This document shows positions 59,894-64,000 of a stretch of DNA of 64,000 nucleotides, piece by piece. Source of the stretch: an uncultured Holophaga sp. (lineage in GTDB: Bacteria > Acidobacteriota > Holophagae > Holophagales > Holophagaceae); NCBI GenBank assembly GCA_963664825.1, contig OY761614.1, positions 1,184,001 to 1,248,000 on the forward strand, in the 5' to 3' direction. The notes below the pieces were generated by a model. That model worked only from the letters and a program-made list of their open reading frames with translations. It searched no databases and was not told the DNA's origin. The stretch's first letter is position 1. Every line of letters begins with the position of its first letter. Position numbers and translations under genes: made by a program.

Positions 59894-61675
59894 CTAGACG
59901 GGACGGGTGAGATCGGAGGCTCGACGGATGCCCGTCTCCAAGTCCGAGACCGCTTCGCTGAGGGCCGAAAGGCGCGCGCTCTTCTCATTCAGGTTGCCCT
60001 CGAGCTCCCGCTTTTCCATCTCGAGGGAGGCGATGCGCTCCCGCTGGGCGTCGATGCCGGCGTTGAGGCGATTGAGGTGGGCCTCCCGCTCGTCGATGCC
60101 CTGCATCAATTCCATCTGGAGCTTCTCGTGCTCACTGACGGCCCGGGCCATCGCCTGCTGGGATTCCGAGAGCCTGGATTCCAGGTCCCGACGAAGCTCC
60201 CGGAGTTCGGAGGCTTCGGTCGTGGTGGCCTGGAGCAGGGATTCCTTTTCGAGGAGCGTGGCATCGAGTTCCAGGCAGCGGGATTCCTGCTCCGTGAGGC
60301 GGGTCTGCAGGGCTTCGCATTCCCGGGTGAGGCCTCCCAGGCGGCCGCCCTGATCGGCGAGCTCCCGGCGCTGGCCCCGGAGGGTGGCCTCCAGGCCCGC
60401 GATATCGACCTTCAGGGCATCGCCCTCCTTGGTCCGCTCGGCCAGTTCGACATTCCGAGCCTCCAGTTGGTTCTGGAGTTCCTGGAGCCGGGCTTCATAG
60501 CCATTGACCTGGCCTTCCAGATCCCGAAGCTTCTCGTCGACCCCCTGGCTGGCCTCCTCGTGTTCCCGCAGACGCCCAACCTCTTCCTCGAATTCAGCGC
60601 AGCGGCGTTCGGCGGCATCCTTGGCTTCGGCAAGTTCGGCGAGCTGGCCCTGGGAGGCAGCCTTGGCCTCCTCCAATTCGGTGGCCCTGGTCTCGGCGGA
60701 AGTCTTGGCGGCCTCGAGTTCGGTGCAATGCCGTTCGGAGGTGGCCCGGGATTCTTCGAGTTCAAGGGCCTGGCGCTCCTGCGCCTCGATCCGGCCGCGG
60801 AGCTCCTCCCGCTCCTTCTCGGCGTCTTCCAGCGCCTCCTGGAAGTGAACCGTCTGGTGTTCGGCCTCGGAGGCGCGGCTTTCCTGGGAGAGCAGGGCCT
60901 CCTCCGTGTCCTTGAGCTTCTGTTGGAGTTCGCCGAGTTCGCCCTGGCGGCGCTCGGCTTCATCCAGATTGCAGGTGACCCTCTGATGATCGGAACGGAG
61001 GCTATCGAGTTCCTGGTCCCTCTTGGCCAGGAGTCCCTCCTGGTCCTGGAGCTTGGTCTCCAGATCCCTCACCCTGGCCTCCAGCAGCTCGACCTTGCCG
61101 GCATCCCTGGGGGGAAGCGCCGAAGGCAGGGGAATGGCGATGACTGGCCGGGAGGGAGCCAGGGGCGCCGTACTGCGCAGAGGAGGCGGGAACGGAGAAA
61201 TGGATTCTTCGTCGGTCTCCAACTCGGTCTTGAGGCTCTCCAGCCATTCTTCCCCCAGATCGGCGCCGGAGAGATCCCCCAACGGATTATCCGGATCCAC
61301 CCCCCGCAGGGGCACCAGGGGCGTCAATTCGGCCACCAGGGAGGTGGAGTCCATGGGCTTGTGCAGGTAGAGATCGGCCTTCCCCTTGAGGCTCCGATGG
61401 CGGTTGTATTCCTCCTCGGTGGCCTTGGCGCTGATGAGGACGACCTTGACGGCGGCCAGGAGCGGATTCTTCCGGATGGCAGAGCAGAGGGCGTAGCCCT
61501 TGTTCTCGGAGACTTCCACGCAAATCAGCACCGCGGCGTAATGGCCGCTCTCCAGGCGCTGAGGAACCCCATCGGTGCTGAAGCAGAAATCGACTTCGAA
61601 GACGGATTCCAGGGCGACCTGGTGATCCTGGATGAATCTCCTGTCGCTATCCACGAAGAGGAGGCGTTGGGCCAT
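59894..61675 (-). CDS. Pseudo-receiver domain + Pro-rich linker + long coiled coil (FrzS-like)
   Basis: Receiver fold with LLFVDSD and KP but Cys at the phospho-Asp position; HRSLKGKADLY; about 400 aa of heptad repeats. Confidence 0.85.
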   Translation of the reverse strand: MAQRLLFVDSDRRFIQDHQVALESVFEVDFCFSTDGVPQRLESGHYAAVLICVEVSENKGYALCSAIRKNPLLAAVKVVLISAKATEEEYNRHRSLKGKADLYLHKPMDSTSLVAELTPLVPLRGVDPDNPLGDLSGADLGEEWLESLKTELETDEESISPFPPPLRSTAPLAPSRPVIAIPLPSALPPRDAGKVELLEARVRDLETKLQDQEGLLAKRDQELDSLRSDHQRVTCNLDEAERRQGELGELQQKLKDTEEALLSQESRASEAEHQTVHFQEALEDAEKEREELRGRIEAQERQALELEESRATSERHCTELEAAKTSAETRATELEEAKAASQGQLAELAEAKDAAERRCAEFEEEVGRLREHEEASQGVDEKLRDLEGQVNGYEARLQELQNQLEARNVELAERTKEGDALKVDIAGLEATLRGQRRELADQGGRLGGLTRECEALQTRLTEQESRCLELDATLLEKESLLQATTTEASELRELRRDLESRLSESQQAMARAVSEHEKLQMELMQGIDEREAHLNRLNAGIDAQRERIASLEMEKRELEGNLNEKSARLSALSEAVSDLETGIRRASDLTRPV

Positions 61676-61772
61676 GAGGCGATCCTTGAGCTGGCTTGTA
61701 GTCTAAACCTAATCCCCCCGGAAAAACACACCGCCGGGACGGGCCCGGCGGCGCGTATCCAAGGCGGGAGAA

Positions 61773-63305
61773 TTAGCGGGCCGGAATGGCCACGGTGTAG
61801 GGCTGGTTCACCTGGCGATCCCGCACAAGCAGGATGAGAGGCTTCCCATTGCACTTGCGCACTTCCGCATAAAACTCCGGCAGGCTGCCCACGTTCTTGG
61901 TGCCCACGGCGCTGATCACGTTGCCCACGCGGAGCTTGTCGGCCGAGGCCGCCCGGGTGGCCACCGCGGTGACGATCACGCCCTTCCAATCATTGGCAAT
62001 GCCGTACTGGTGGCGGGTGGCCGCGTCCAGCGCCGCCACGTCGAACCCGTAGAGTTTCTCCAGGTTCAGTTTCTTGGACTGGGCGCCGCTTTCCTTGGGC
62101 GTAGCCGTGTCGTCGTCCTCGCCACTCCCGTCGTTCTTCTGCATATCCTTGCGGTCCCCCAGGGTCACGGTGAGTTCCTTGGCCTTGCCATCGCGGATGA
62201 TGGCCAGCTTCACCACATCCCCAGCCCGATGACTGGAGATGACGGTGATCAGCTCCTCGGGGCTATTGAGCTTCTGGCCATCGATGGCCGTGATCACGTC
62301 CAGGCGCTGGACCTTGGCCTTATCGGCGGCCTGGCCCTCCATGACGCTATTGACCACCACCCCCTGCCTGACGCCGAGGGCGCTCTGGAAATCCTTGTCC
62401 AGCTCGACGGGGGTGATACCCAGGGCCCCCCGGCTCACGGGTCGACCCGAGCGGAGATCGCGCAGGATGCGCTTCACCATATCGATGGGCACGGCAAAGC
62501 CGATGTTCTGGCCATCGGCGCGGATGGCCGTATTGATGCCGATGATCTCCCCCCGAAGGTTGAGCAGGGGGCCACCAGAATTGCCTCGGTTGATGGCGGC
62601 GTCGGTCTGGAGGAAGGACTCCAGGCCGCTGGGACCGCCCATGGCCCGGGCGCTGCGCCCCTTGGCGCTGATGATGCCCTGGGTGACCGTGTGGTCCAGG
62701 CCCAGCGGATTGCCGATGGCCACCACCCATTCACCCACCTTGGCTTTTTCAGAATCCCCGAGGGCCGCGAAGGGCAGATGATCGGCCTCGATGCGGATCA
62801 AGGCGATATCGAGCTCCTTGTCCTTGCCCAGGACCTTGGCCTTGAAGGTGCGGCCATCCGAGAGCTTGACCTCCAACTCCGCCTCCCCGCCCTGCACGCC
62901 CTCGATGACGTGATAGTTGGTGAGGATCTCGCCATTGGCGCTGATGATCACACCGCTGCCGCCGGCCAGGACCTTCTGTTCCTCCTCGGCGCGAGGCTGG
63001 CGGGGAGTGCCCTGGCCAGGCCGGGGATTGAAGAAGAAATCGAAAAAATCGTCCCCCCCAAAGGGGCTGCCCGTATTGGCGCGCGTCTTCACGAAGCTCG
63101 TGTTCTTGATGGAGACCACCGTGGGATTGAGCTTCTCGGCCACCTCCGCGATGGGGGGCATCCGGTCCAGCCCCTTGGCGTCGACCATCACGGGCTTCTC
63201 CTCCTCGGCCTGAGCGACCCAGTGATAGCTGAGCCCCATGCCAAAGGCTAGACAACCGGCCGCGAAGACCGAGAGCCCCAGTGTCTGCTTGACCTTGCGA
63301 TTCAT
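61773..63305 (-). CDS. degP: HtrA/DegP serine protease with two PDZ domains
   Basis: GSGVII, TNYHVI, DIAL, IGNP.GL, QTDAAINRGNSGGPL. Confidence 0.93.
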   Translation of the reverse strand: MNRKVKQTLGLSVFAAGCLAFGMGLSYHWVAQAEEEKPVMVDAKGLDRMPPIAEVAEKLNPTVVSIKNTSFVKTRANTGSPFGGDDFFDFFFNPRPGQGTPRQPRAEEEQKVLAGGSGVIISANGEILTNYHVIEGVQGGEAELEVKLSDGRTFKAKVLGKDKELDIALIRIEADHLPFAALGDSEKAKVGEWVVAIGNPLGLDHTVTQGIISAKGRSARAMGGPSGLESFLQTDAAINRGNSGGPLLNLRGEIIGINTAIRADGQNIGFAVPIDMVKRILRDLRSGRPVSRGALGITPVELDKDFQSALGVRQGVVVNSVMEGQAADKAKVQRLDVITAIDGQKLNSPEELITVISSHRAGDVVKLAIIRDGKAKELTVTLGDRKDMQKNDGSGEDDDTATPKESGAQSKKLNLEKLYGFDVAALDAATRHQYGIANDWKGVIVTAVATRAASADKLRVGNVISAVGTKNVGSLPEFYAEVRKCNGKPLILLVRDRQVNQPYTVAIPAR

Positions 63306-63423
63306 GCTTCAACCTCGCATAGAAAGACCCTAGGCATTGGGTCAGACCCAAAATGATGCCACCATTCCAAAGGTTTCACCCTAGCCAGGAGGAGCGAACC
63401 GGGTTAGTCTAAGGGGCTCCAAT

Positions 63424-63501
63424 GGCGGCTGTAGTTCAGTTGGTTAGAGCACTGGATTGTGATTCCAGGTGTCGTGGGTTCGAATCCCATCAGCCGCCCC
63501 A
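63424..63501 (+). tRNA. tRNA-His(GTG) with encoded G-1 and CCA
   Basis: GGCGGCTG...anticodon arm CTGGA-TTGTGAT-TCCAG...GGTTCGAATCC...CAGCCGCCCCA. Confidence 0.97.
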
Positions 63502-63505
63502 GATC

Positions 63506-63540
63506 AAAAGCCCCGCAGACATTACGTCTCCGGGGCTTTT
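63506..63540 (+). terminator. Hairpin immediately after tRNA-His
   Basis: AAAAGCCCCG-C-AGAC / GTCT-C-CGGGGCTTTT. Confidence 0.65.
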
Positions 63541-63699
63541 CGCTGCCTGCTGAACCCAGTGTTTCTGGGTGCAACTGGGGGCTTCTCGGTGCTCCTAAGT
63601 CCTTTGTTTGAGCACTGGGTTCCGGTGGTTGTGGTGTATGTGTGGGGTGGATTCTTGACCCACACCACCCCGGGTGGTGTGGGTGGGGGCAAGGGGGGC

Positions 63700-64000
63700 A
63701 CCAAAGACCCTGGTGGTTGCCCTCCGAATAAACGAATTCTCCCACACCGGCAAGGAAGACCACGTGATCTCCCAGATCCTCATCGGTTTGTACCACTGTC
63801 GTCGCGCCAAGGTTCTGCGGGGCGTCAGCTGGGCCAATAGGTTCCCTCCGCCCTTCAACGGCACCAACGGGGCCGAGACTGACCAGGGCGTTGAGCTGGT
63901 TGGACCAGATGGCCTTGCCCTGCAGGCTGTTCTCGTAGCGTGGAAGCCAGATGATGGCGGCGGGCACCTCCAGGGGTGTCCGCCGTTTATCTCCCAGGGC
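63700..64000 (-). other. Probable coding fragment entering from the right edge; may be truncated
   Basis: Frame ...EVPAAIIWLPRYENSLQGKAIWSNQLNALV has strong GC3 bias near the edge, then loses it and finds no stop before the tRNA. Left boundary is approximate. Confidence 0.35.

Noticed and set aside
58505..61837. 1110-aa plus-strand ORF, and similar long antisense ORFs such as 45493-47955
   Set aside because: Shadow ORFs opposite well-supported genes, expected in high-GC DNA.
63404..63967. Full 187-aa minus-strand protein
   Set aside because: Its 3' half runs antisense through the palindromes and tRNA-His; only the right-hand part looks coding.

Overview
High-GC bacterial chromosomal window. 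Gene content and protein style suggest Acidobacteriota, class Holophagae (Holophaga/Geothrix-like); this is an inference. Most of it is housekeeping or envelope genes: gmk, secreted peptidases, queC/queF, folK, hslO, rsmB, pilB-pilT-pilC, tmk-holB, ETF-QO, rdgB, thiF/moeB, rlmN, htpG, leuS, pyrE, amgK-murU, degP. The left end is a P4-type integrase element inserted at the 3' end of tmRNA (ssrA). The right end is tRNA-His followed by a probable island junction. An AT-richer pair of DUF3857/transglutaminase-like genes follows leuS. The second gene is split by a complete single-ORF IS66-family element (17-bp IRs, 8-bp target duplication). The most unusual signal is a 104-bp tandem array directly upstream of thiF/moeB. 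It encodes four 34-35 aa peptides chained by stop/start overlaps; each begins with a variant of the enzyme's own N-terminus (MDRYAKQRI) and sits in a hairpin-rich unit. Two smaller target-duplicating, frame-respecting insertions occur inside rlmN and at the ETF-QO 3' end. A FrzS-like pseudo-receiver/coiled-coil protein, a MshEN-type PilB facing a diguanylate cyclase operon, and a zinc-ribbon/GYF protein hint at myxobacteria-like pilus polarity control. All product calls come from motif recognition by eye, not database searches.
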